Assembly (NCBI GenBank): GCA_033764315.1
Contig: JANRJA010000108.1
Coordinates: 1 to 24,109 of the forward strand
Length of the DNA stretch: 24,109 nucleotides
Direction of reading: 5' to 3'
Origin: Oculatellaceae cyanobacterium bins.114
GTDB taxonomy: Bacteria > Cyanobacteriota > Cyanobacteriia > Elainellales > Elainellaceae
The notes under the pieces: generated by a model
Told to the model about the DNA's origin: nothing
What the model saw: the letters and a program-made list of their open reading frames with translations, nothing else
The model's database searches: none
In this document: positions 8,716 through 17,246 of the stretch, piece by piece
How positions within the stretch are numbered: position 1 is the first letter of the stretch
Layout of the letters: each line of letters opens with the position of its first letter
Program-made: the position numbers and the translations under genes

Positions 8716-10248
8716 TTACAGATCGGTAGAGCCGTTGTTATACACTGCTTCTATCTTGGCAATAATTTGAGGCTTCAATCGGTCAAGCTCATTCTTAAGC
8801 TGAGACTTGCTCAACCCAAATTGAGAAGTATTGGGAGCCATTTGCGCCATCACGACCCATTGTTTTAACTCGCGACACTGAGCTGCATCAATGTGGGCTG
8901 TTATGACGCTGGCACATCGTTGGGGTGCGTCTTGGGCAAAAAAGAGGATACGATATTGCCCCGTATCTCCTAATAGACTTGCCATCTTTTGTCCTTGGGT
9001 TGATTTCATGTCGAGATAACAGGGCAACCAACGAGGTCCATGTTCCTGGTTATAAAGCACTGTTAACCATAACAGGGTTGGGTGTGGAGCCGGAATAAAC
9101 AGAAATTGTTTATAGCGCGTGCAAACGAGCCGCTTTTCAATCTCTGAGCGGGTCATCATCACCCAGAGGGTTGCCAGAGTATCAGTGCTCGTCCGAATGG
9201 CATTGGGAAAGACGATCTCTGCAAGAGGCTTGTTGCTGGGCCACGATGCCAATCGACAGATTTCTTCAGGAGATAGAAGAGTAGGAACTTTGGGGGTTGG
9301 GTTAATGGGTGCTCGATCAATTAAGTCACGAATCTGCCCTCCGAGTTCTCGGCCTCTCCTGTATTTCTGCTCAAACGGCTCTAACGATTTAATCACCTCA
9401 AGAACTGATTGGGGGCGATCGCTCGGTGATTTAGATAGGCAACTCATGACCAAATGTTCGAGTGCCTTCGGCAGTTTCACACTAGAGTTGGCGGATTCAA
9501 ACGTGCGTGGAGGTTGCTGGTGGTGCGCTCGATACCAACCGCCAAAGGTATGAGTATCGACATGCAGGGGCATTTTGCCCGTGAGCATCTGAAACATCAT
9601 GACCCCTAAGCTATAGATGTCAGAACGGCCATCTAGCTCGTGTCCTTCCATTTGCTCAGGGGAGGCATAGGCCAGCGTGCCCATAAAACAATTGGTTTGA
9701 CCGCTGTCTGCCTGCAATACTTTAGCAATACCAAAATCGAGGATTTTGGCTAACTCCCCAAACGTCTCATCTTGAATCACCAAGATGTTACTGGGTTTGA
9801 TGTCACGGTGAACGACAGGGTAAATTTCACCGTCAATCTCGATGCCCTGGTGAGCACATTGCAACCCCAAACACACCTGCCTTGTCAAGCTGACAAATCT
9901 GGGTAGCGGCAGGGGCTGACGACTGATCATGTCGCTGAGGCTTTCCCCCTTGAGATATTCCATGATGTAATAGGGGATTTCGTCGTCATCGGCTCCATAG
10001 TCGGTCACACGCACAATGTGAATACTACGTTGCCCCAACCCCGCACAGGTTTTGGCTTCTTTTTCAAAGCGATCGCGCATTTTTTGATTGAGCAGGGTTT
10101 GAGCCAAAAACTTAGCCGCCACCAAGACGCCGCCCAAAAGCACATCTTTGGCTCCATAAACCCGACCCATTGCCCCTTGACCCAGCAATTCTATGAGTTG
10201 ATAGCGGTTTGACAAGATCCGCCCAATGTTTGGGTCAATCATCTCCAC
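8716..10248 (-). CDS. spkA: Hanks-type Ser/Thr protein kinase, SpkA ortholog
   Basis: LGQGAMGRVY, HRDIKPSN, DFG and YASPEQ kinase motifs. The C-terminal domain (WP..KP...IVFP, PHP.LLW.TVLY...GPRWLPCYLD.K) matches cyanobacterial SpkA as recalled. Start is GTG 10248 or ATG 10242. Confidence 0.85.
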   Translation of the reverse strand: MEMIDPNIGRILSNRYQLIELLGQGAMGRVYGAKDVLLGGVLVAAKFLAQTLLNQKMRDRFEKEAKTCAGLGQRSIHIVRVTDYGADDDEIPYYIMEYLKGESLSDMISRQPLPLPRFVSLTRQVCLGLQCAHQGIEIDGEIYPVVHRDIKPSNILVIQDETFGELAKILDFGIAKVLQADSGQTNCFMGTLAYASPEQMEGHELDGRSDIYSLGVMMFQMLTGKMPLHVDTHTFGGWYRAHHQQPPRTFESANSSVKLPKALEHLVMSCLSKSPSDRPQSVLEVIKSLEPFEQKYRRGRELGGQIRDLIDRAPINPTPKVPTLLSPEEICRLASWPSNKPLAEIVFPNAIRTSTDTLATLWVMMTRSEIEKRLVCTRYKQFLFIPAPHPTLLWLTVLYNQEHGPRWLPCYLDMKSTQGQKMASLLGDTGQYRILFFAQDAPQRCASVITAHIDAAQCRELKQWVVMAQMAPNTSQFGLSKSQLKNELDRLKPQIIAKIEAVYNNGSTDL

Positions 10249-11023
10249 CTCACTCGATCGAGATCACGGCTGTGGGCGCAAGAAACGGATTGGCTCATCA
10301 ACTGTGGAGGCATGGAGTAAAACCAATGAACCCCAGAAATGACATGCCATGAAATGAAGGAAAACAACCCTAACAACACAGAGTCTCTACTGGGTTGGTC
10401 ATCACCAGGGATAGACCGTTGTTCAGCAGAGTGTTGATATGGGTCATCTTGTCTCCAGTGGCATCGGTGATCCATCTGCTGCGTCAACAACTGCCAATCA
10501 AGCATGAATAAACAATTCACAACAACAACCGAGTAATGATTAACTACGATGCATTTTGTGGAACTATGCAGCGTTAGCTTGTCTCTAAGGAATACGCTGT
10601 GAGAGCCAAGGTGAATTTAATGCTTAAATCTGAATGCACCAGTTAATTTTCTATAGTGAAAGTTATCTTTAGAACCATTTAGCTTCTAAAGATGGCTCTG
10701 ATCAAACGATTTAAATTAGAAACTGTATCACTATTCTAACGATTTGACCATCTCTGCTCTCTATAATGAGGCTTCCCTAAACGACAAATAGAGACGACAT
10801 TCTTATCATAAATGTATGCAGAGCATTACAGCCGTAGCCACATTCGATGGGGCGGAGGCGAGTCAGAAAGCTTTCCCAGCATCAGGATTTGAGCCATTGC
10901 CTTTGCCTTAAGCTTTCTGACCAAAGCTATATTTAGAATAGGTCAAATGACTCAGCACCAGCCCTTTTACCCAGCTCGAGCTTGATCGTACGGCATGAAT
11001 ATGTCGCCTTAACGCATTGCCAA

Positions 11024-11845
11024 CTATTGCCCTAAATAGGCTTCTAGAACCTGGGCATTGGTTTGAATCTCGGCAGGGGAACCAGTTGCAAGATTGCGCC
11101 CCTCAGCTAAGACCCAGACGCGATCGCACAACGACATAATCACATTCATGTTGTGTTCAATAATCAAAAAACTGATACCTTCTTGGTTCCAACGCCTCAC
11201 ATGCTGACAAATTTGATGGATCAGCGTGGGATTGACCCCGGCGGCGGGTTCATCTAGCAAGATCAATTTGGGGCGCACCATCAACGCTCGTGCCAACTCT
11301 AGCAGTTTACGCTGACCTCCTGAGAGAGCACCTGCATACTCTTGAGCCATGTGAGCCAACCCGACTGAGTCTAAAATTTCACTGGCATGTTGCCGTTGTT
11401 GCCGCTCTTCTTGCATCACTTGATGGGGGTGTAGCCAGACCTTCCAAAAGTTCTCCCCAGTCTGATGTTGTGTTGCCAGCAACATGTTTTCCATCACCGA
11501 TAGTCGCGAGAGCACCCGCGCGACTTGAAATGTTCGTACTAAGCCTTTTTGAGCGATCTGATGCGGTTGCAACTGGTGAATGGGTTCTCCATCAAAGTGC
11601 ACTTCACCCCGGTCAGGGCGAGTGAAGTTGGATAAAAGATTAAACAGAGTCGTTTTACCAGCCCCATTAGGGCCAATCAACCCAGTGATGCTGCCTCTAG
11701 ATACCTCAATCGAGGCGCGATCAACGGCTCGGATGCCGCCAAAGCTTTTAGTCAACTGGGTAGCCACTAGCAACGATGGGGACGATGGGGGGCGATCGCT
11801 CACAGACTGACCCACCACATCGATCGGGTGAGAGTTATCGACCAA
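11024..11845 (-). CDS. natA: Branched-chain/neutral amino acid ABC transporter ATP-binding subunit (LivG/NatA type)
   Basis: GPNGAGKTT, LSGGQ, LLDEPAAG, IEHNM and C-terminal V.EAYLG. Overlaps the permease stop. Confidence 0.85.
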   Translation of the reverse strand: MVDNSHPIDVVGQSVSDRPPSSPSLLVATQLTKSFGGIRAVDRASIEVSRGSITGLIGPNGAGKTTLFNLLSNFTRPDRGEVHFDGEPIHQLQPHQIAQKGLVRTFQVARVLSRLSVMENMLLATQHQTGENFWKVWLHPHQVMQEERQQRQHASEILDSVGLAHMAQEYAGALSGGQRKLLELARALMVRPKLILLDEPAAGVNPTLIHQICQHVRRWNQEGISFLIIEHNMNVIMSLCDRVWVLAEGRNLATGSPAEIQTNAQVLEAYLGQ

Positions 11846-13148
11846 GGGTGAGTTCCTCCTTTTTGCCCAAAATACCTTGAGGTCGCCAAATCATCAGCAC
11901 CATCAACAACACCCCAATCACCATAATGCGAAAAGCCCCCAGACGGGCGTCATCAAGCGGCACAACATCGCCTAACACAAAGCGAGTAATGGTTTCATAG
12001 GCCCAGTACAAAGCGGCTCCAAGCAAGGTGCCTGGGTTACTGCCGGCACCCCCTAAGACGACTATCGTCCAGGCGTTAAAGGTGACGAGCGGTTGAAAGT
12101 TGTCAGGATAGACTGTCGTTAATTGCCAAGCGTAGAGTGCCCCTGCGACTCCTGCCAGTCCTCCACCTAACATTAGGACTTGCAGTTTATACCAAAACAC
12201 ATTTTTACCGAGGGCTTTTGCCACTTCCTCGTCTTCTCGGATGGCCTTGAGCACGCGACCCCAAGGCGATCGCACCAGTCGTTCTACGGCCCAATAGACC
12301 AGTGCCACTAGCAACACCGAGACTAACATTAACCCGGTTTTGGTAGGGTTACGAGAATAGTGGATGAGTGACAGCACCGCGTAACGATAGATCAGCAGGC
12401 TCAAGACGAGACCCATCAAATTGGCTGCAATGGTCAATCCAGCAGACCACACACTAACTCGCTGTGAGAGTTGAGCCGCTAATCTGATGTAAAACCAGGC
12501 GATCGCGATCACGGCAACTAACAACCCCACCCCAATGCCCCAATTGGGGAGAAGATTCAGCGTTCTTAACTGGCGTGACAACCAGCCCAGAGCGACCAAC
12601 GCAAATGGAATGGACACTAGATAAACCAGAGCCTTGAGAGAGCTGTTGAGTAATACTGGCGGCTCTAATCCTTGAGTCTTTTGGCGCACCCATCGCCACC
12701 ACTGCCAATATCCCAAACCCACCACGCTAGTGAGTAGCCCAATCATGAACGCCTTCACAAACCCTGTGGGGTTCAGCTCTGCCAGTGGCAACGGAAAGCG
12801 TTGAATGCCAAAGGTGCCTTTGGTGAGCCAATCTTCATTGACGGCTACTAATCGAATCACCTCAGACACGCCGATAGTGACGATCGCTAGATAGTCGGTT
12901 CGCAACCGCAGAGTAGCCATACCAATCAGCAATCCTAATAAGGCAGCCACTCCAGCACCACACAGGGTCGCGATGATCAGGGGCACTCCCAGGAGGCTGA
13001 GTAACACGGTGGTATAGGCACCCACCATCATAAAAGCGACATGTCCGAAGTTAATCAGCCCAGTAAAGCCCCATTGCAGATTTAACCCCAGACTAAAAAT
13101 GGCAAAGATTGCAGTGAAGATGATGAGAGAGACAATAAACCCTTCCAT
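11835..13148 (-). CDS. natC: Branched-chain/neutral amino acid ABC transporter permease (LivM/NatC type)
   Basis: LNLQWGFTGLINFGHVAF, LRLRTDYLAIVTIG, SPWGRVLKAIREDE and LGG.GS..G motifs. Confidence 0.85.
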   Translation of the reverse strand: MEGFIVSLIIFTAIFAIFSLGLNLQWGFTGLINFGHVAFMMVGAYTTVLLSLLGVPLIIATLCGAGVAALLGLLIGMATLRLRTDYLAIVTIGVSEVIRLVAVNEDWLTKGTFGIQRFPLPLAELNPTGFVKAFMIGLLTSVVGLGYWQWWRWVRQKTQGLEPPVLLNSSLKALVYLVSIPFALVALGWLSRQLRTLNLLPNWGIGVGLLVAVIAIAWFYIRLAAQLSQRVSVWSAGLTIAANLMGLVLSLLIYRYAVLSLIHYSRNPTKTGLMLVSVLLVALVYWAVERLVRSPWGRVLKAIREDEEVAKALGKNVFWYKLQVLMLGGGLAGVAGALYAWQLTTVYPDNFQPLVTFNAWTIVVLGGAGSNPGTLLGAALYWAYETITRFVLGDVVPLDDARLGAFRIMVIGVLLMVLMIWRPQGILGKKEELTLGR

Positions 13149-13194
13149 GTGGCAGGAACACCAAAAGCAATGATTTTAACGATATCAGGTGAGA

Positions 13195-13285
13195 AAGGGG
13201 GAAGGATGGAGGATAAAGGATGAAGGATAAAAGCAAACAAGGGGGAAGGATGAAGGATGAAGGATAAAGGATGAAAAATGAAGGG
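13195..13285. repeat. Heptamer tandem array AGGAT(G/A)A (STRR-like), arranged as two ~44-bp blocks
   Basis: aggggga aggatgg aggataa aggatga aggataa ... aggggga aggatga aggatga aggataa aggatga aaaatga. Confidence 0.85.
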
Positions 13286-13290
13286 TTGAT

Positions 13291-15501
13291 TTATTTGAAG
13301 TAGATCAGCAAGTTCAGCCCTGGAATGGTACGTGACAGAGTCCATAGGAGCAAGGCGATGTAGAGTACGCCTAAGCCCCACTGATACCAGGCAAGGGCAG
13401 TGATCAACCCAGGAACCTGTTGATCGCGCAGGCGAATGTCGTTAAAACCCAGCTTTAGCAGATTGTTAAGACTGAAATCGAGGTAGTTTAACCAGTTCCA
13501 GCGGCGATCGCACAAAATCGGGGCATAGCGTTCGCGAAACAGCGGATAACGGGGAATGTTGGGTAATCTGCCGATCAACAGACGCAGTTGGCGCAGAGAG
13601 CCATCTTCCACAAAGTAACTGACCGTCATCAGGTCGTGATAGCCTCCTCGTTGATAGATCAGCCCCAGCAACAGGGTGGGAATGGGCACCGTCACCAAGC
13701 CCAGACACGCCAGGGTAATCCAGGGATGTGCAGCAGCCCGAAAGATGGCTAATAAACCTAACAGGGCAAGCACTCCAGAGCCACTCAACATCCATCCGGT
13801 TTCTGCAACTGTGGGAACGATCGGTTGGGGGGTGAGGCGACGAAATCGATCAACCAGCCAAAACACTAGCCCAAAATAGGCGATCGCCACTAACCCCACG
13901 CCAAACACCAACCCAAAACTGGTGCCATATCGAGTGAGCGATAGCAACAGCCCCAGACCTAGCCAATACAACCCATTCCCCACCCATTCCAACGTAGAGC
14001 GGGTCGGACTGGCAACGACGCGATCGCGCACTCTGACATAAGTTGCCAGACTAATGTTTTCGACTTGCAGCAGATCGCTGAGCGTCCGAAAGGGCTGTTG
14101 CAGTCGAACTTGGGCGATCGCCTCCGCTTGTTGAGACGAAAACCCTACCCGTTGCAAATCCTTTATAGGGGCGGTATTGAGGTTAATCGCGACTAATTGT
14201 TGACGCAACTCTCGCAGTCGCAACTTCTCGCGGGTGTATTCCACCCAATTGACATCTGAGATTTGTTCTAATAAGCGAAAATTGCGAATTAGGCTGCGTA
14301 ACAACGCTTCATTGCCTTGCAGTGTGGGCACCGACAACAGTTGTCCGACCTGCCCCGGATCTCCCAAAATTTGAGACTGCTCTGCATTAAACTGCAACCC
14401 CGCCACGTTGAGGTAAACGCCTCTAGCAAACCCAGCATCGCCCCAATCCGCTTGCGTCATGATGCTGGCACCTCGCAAGTTAATTGGTTGGTTGAACTGT
14501 GCCTCGCGAAAACTCACTAATTTCTCAAAGACGGCTTCGGTTAAAAAACAGGACTGGGCAAACTTGGCTCGTTTGAAGAGGGCTTGTCCCTGCCAGCGGG
14601 TCTGCGCAAAATCAGCATTGCCGCGCCATTGAGTACGAATAAAGTTAGCAGTTTGTTGAAACACCGCCTGACTAAAATTGGCCGTAGTTTGAAACTCACT
14701 GCCCTGAAAGCTAGTAGAACCGAGAAATTGCCCTTGATTAAACCGTACCCGATCAAAAAAGATGGCACTACGAACCCGCAGATCTTGACGAAACCGAGAT
14801 CCGGCAAAATTGGCTAAACGGCTAAAGCGGGTTTCTGACCAGTCTGCTGGTTGTAAAAAATCGGCTCCCTGGGCTTCTACGCGACCGAGGAAGAAGGTGT
14901 TGGCAAAGTTAGCAAATCCGTCAAATTGCGTTTGCACGAGTGTGAGTGGACCGCGCAAAACCGTGAGTTGGAGGGGAGTGAGTTGGGTTTGCAATAACAG
15001 CGATCGCGACAGTTGACTCAATTGCGATAAGCGACGGCGATCGCGCTGGATCTGGGCTTGCTCGGTTTCAGTAAATAGGGATGGAGAAAGTTGTCCATAG
15101 AGCGAGGCTTGCAAGCCCAATTCACGCATCTGCAACTCTCCTTGAATCAGGGAGTAGCTCAAGTCCAACCCTAGTGGAGAGCTAGAATTGCGCAGTGCCC
15201 CCTGCAACAAACGATAAAACTGCTCTCGAAAGGTCGCATGATCAGGACGCAGATCAATTACAAATCGCCGCAGATCAATGGTAGGAGTTCCTTCGATTTG
15301 GGTTGGTTTTCGCAATCGCTCCTGCAACACCTCCACTGTTAGAGGCGTTCGTTCTGGTTGGGCGATCGCCCCCCAGACCGGTTGGGCAAAGCCTGCCATC
15401 ACGACAAACCAGAGACTGACGCAGAGACCGATGAAACCAATCAATTGGGTGATAGCCCTCTTGGGAAAACGGTTTCGGAACACCCTCTCACGTTGTACCA
15501 T
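13291..15501 (-). CDS. Pentapeptide-repeat membrane protein with HhH domain and C-terminal ion-channel-like pore region
   Basis: Repeats of A.F..A.F, ComEA-like INLNTA...L..V..I, several TM helices and FSLNNLLKLGFNDI followed by a TM helix. ATG at 15501 overlaps the upstream stop (TGATG) and is preferred over 15615. Confidence 0.8.
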   Translation of the reverse strand: MVQRERVFRNRFPKRAITQLIGFIGLCVSLWFVVMAGFAQPVWGAIAQPERTPLTVEVLQERLRKPTQIEGTPTIDLRRFVIDLRPDHATFREQFYRLLQGALRNSSSPLGLDLSYSLIQGELQMRELGLQASLYGQLSPSLFTETEQAQIQRDRRRLSQLSQLSRSLLLQTQLTPLQLTVLRGPLTLVQTQFDGFANFANTFFLGRVEAQGADFLQPADWSETRFSRLANFAGSRFRQDLRVRSAIFFDRVRFNQGQFLGSTSFQGSEFQTTANFSQAVFQQTANFIRTQWRGNADFAQTRWQGQALFKRAKFAQSCFLTEAVFEKLVSFREAQFNQPINLRGASIMTQADWGDAGFARGVYLNVAGLQFNAEQSQILGDPGQVGQLLSVPTLQGNEALLRSLIRNFRLLEQISDVNWVEYTREKLRLRELRQQLVAINLNTAPIKDLQRVGFSSQQAEAIAQVRLQQPFRTLSDLLQVENISLATYVRVRDRVVASPTRSTLEWVGNGLYWLGLGLLLSLTRYGTSFGLVFGVGLVAIAYFGLVFWLVDRFRRLTPQPIVPTVAETGWMLSGSGVLALLGLLAIFRAAAHPWITLACLGLVTVPIPTLLLGLIYQRGGYHDLMTVSYFVEDGSLRQLRLLIGRLPNIPRYPLFRERYAPILCDRRWNWLNYLDFSLNNLLKLGFNDIRLRDQQVPGLITALAWYQWGLGVLYIALLLWTLSRTIPGLNLLIYFK

Positions 15502-15797
15502 CAGCGGTTTGGAGATAATAAAAGATCTTTGACACCAGAGAACACAACGAGGATGTGTAACCAAAACAGAGCAAATTGCAACAGCGGATCCAGTCGCCAT
15601 CCTTGAGTAAACCAAACTAGCCCCACTGGAAGTAACACGAGGGGACCCAGAACGGCTTGAATCGTTAAGAGCGATCGCTGTTGTGGACTGGTTCCGGCGC
15701 GAGATGAGGCTGTGAGCGATAACACGACATATAAAATCCCCAGGGCAAAGTCGATTAATCCTAACAACGAGCCTAGATTAAAACCAATATTAATCAT
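15501..15797 (-). CDS. Ycf66-family (Ycf66_N) small membrane protein
   Basis: N-terminal MINIGFN..SLLG and the signature QGWRLDPLLQF, with three hydrophobic segments. Confidence 0.75.
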   Translation of the reverse strand: MINIGFNLGSLLGLIDFALGILYVVLSLTASSRAGTSPQQRSLLTIQAVLGPLVLLPVGLVWFTQGWRLDPLLQFALFWLHILVVFSGVKDLLLSPNR

Positions 15798-15966
15798 CGT
15801 AATTCAGCCTTTGCTTTAGCTTAATAGGAGGAATGTGCACATCTCGATTGCGTTTAAACTGCGCTATGCATAATGATTAATATTCAACAATACCTCTAAT
15901 CTTGATCTGCAAGAACGGCTCATTTTTGCTTATTTTTAGTTCTGTATTTCGACTTCTTTACTGTTC

Positions 15967-16968
15967 TTATTGCTCAATAAAGAGCACAATTTTGCCAGTG
16001 ATTGAGCCTGCCTCTAACAACCGATGTGCTGTTGCGGCCTCCGCCAATGGAAAGGTATGGCTGAGATGGATCTTGAGCTGTTGTTGATCGATCAATCGAG
16101 TACAGTGTTGCAAGATTTCTGCTTGTTGTTGTTGTGCTTGCACTAACCCTTGTAACATTGGGGTCAGCATTAACTCAAAGCTAAATCGCAAATTGCGATC
16201 GCGGGCAAGTTTCCAATCTGTCTTGGCATCAGGAGCCAACAGTGTTACCACATCACCATACACACGAGTGGCGGCAAACGATTGAGATAAAACCTCACCC
16301 CCAACGGTGTCAAAGCTGATATCAACTCCGATGCCGTTAGTCCAATCGAGCACAGTTTGAACTACATCAGTTTGACGATAGAGAATGACCCGATTAGCTC
16401 CAAGCGATCGCACAAACGTTGCCTTCTCATCATCACTCACGGTGGTGCAGACCTCTGCTCCTGCCAGCTTTGCCAGTTGCACTGCGACATGCCCGACTCC
16501 TCCGGCTCCGGCCTGAACCAATACCCGCTGCCCGGGCTGCAACCGCGCGCGATCGTGCAATGCCTCCCAAGCGGTGATCAACACCAGAGGAGCCGCTGCT
16601 GCTTCTGCAAAACTCAGCGTTGCAGGCTTGTGAGCCACAAACCGTTCATCCACCACAGCCAATTCGGCGTAGTTGCCACCTCTGGCACCCAACCCCCCAT
16701 GACAAAAATAGACCTCTTGTCCAATGTGAAAAAGCTTTACACCTGATCCTACGGCTTCGACGATCCCCGCTCCATCGCACCCCAAGATCGCAGGCATCTG
16801 CTCAGGAAAGAAGGTGCCTCGTTTGCGGAGTTTGGTGTCAATTGGGTTAATTCCTGCTGCCTTGAGGCGAACTAACAAGTCAGTAGGAGTTTGCAGGGTT
16901 GGCTCTGGCACCTCCCGCAGTTGCAATACATCGGGATGACCGGGCGCTGTCATGACTACTGCTTTCAC
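15967..16968 (-). CDS. MDR-family NADPH:quinone oxidoreductase / zinc-binding alcohol dehydrogenase-like protein
   Basis: GINPIDTK.R, LG.DGAG.V, AGAGGVGH.AVQLAK and C-terminal GKIVL. Lacks the catalytic Zn Cys/His motif, so QOR-type. Confidence 0.9.
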   Translation of the reverse strand: MKAVVMTAPGHPDVLQLREVPEPTLQTPTDLLVRLKAAGINPIDTKLRKRGTFFPEQMPAILGCDGAGIVEAVGSGVKLFHIGQEVYFCHGGLGARGGNYAELAVVDERFVAHKPATLSFAEAAAAPLVLITAWEALHDRARLQPGQRVLVQAGAGGVGHVAVQLAKLAGAEVCTTVSDDEKATFVRSLGANRVILYRQTDVVQTVLDWTNGIGVDISFDTVGGEVLSQSFAATRVYGDVVTLLAPDAKTDWKLARDRNLRFSFELMLTPMLQGLVQAQQQQAEILQHCTRLIDQQQLKIHLSHTFPLAEAATAHRLLEAGSITGKIVLFIEQ

Positions 16969-17095
16969 AGGGTTAACCTCAGTTGGGGATTTTTACAGCA
17001 TACCGCTCTTAACTCCTCTCATTCATCTCACTCGACTCCAAGCTCAATGAGTTTAATTCTAGGAAAAGGAAGTTTAGAACCTGTAAACTTCCTTC

Positions 17096-17188
17096 TATAG
17101 CAGTCCTAAATCATTTGTGAAATTAGGAGGTTGTGAGGGTCGCACCCCTCCGGGGTGCGACTCTCACAACCCATTTAGGATTTCTATA
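17096..17188. mobile_element. MITE, copy 1 (complete, 93 bp including flanking TA)
   Basis: Ends TATAGCAGTCCTAAAT...ATTTAGGATTTCTATA, with an internal 20-bp hairpin GGTTGTGAGGGTCGCACCCC-tcc-GGGGTGCGACTCTCACAACC. Near-identical copy at 24036 and a shorter copy at 22429. Confidence 0.85.
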
Positions 17189-17246
17189 GCAAGAGAAGGG
17201 TTAAAATTAAGCAATCAAGCCAATTGGCTATAGGACTGAAGTAACG

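Noticed and set aside
10239-10520. 93-aa ORF upstream of spkA
   Set aside because: No recognisable motif, atypical composition, and it overlaps the spkA start; probably spurious.
13082-13381. 99-aa ORF with FILHP repeats
   Set aside because: It is a translation of the heptamer array and overlaps two real genes.
15502-15615. N-terminal extension of the 774-aa ORF
   Set aside because: It overlaps the Ycf66-family gene. The ATG at 15501 coupled to that gene's stop is more plausible.
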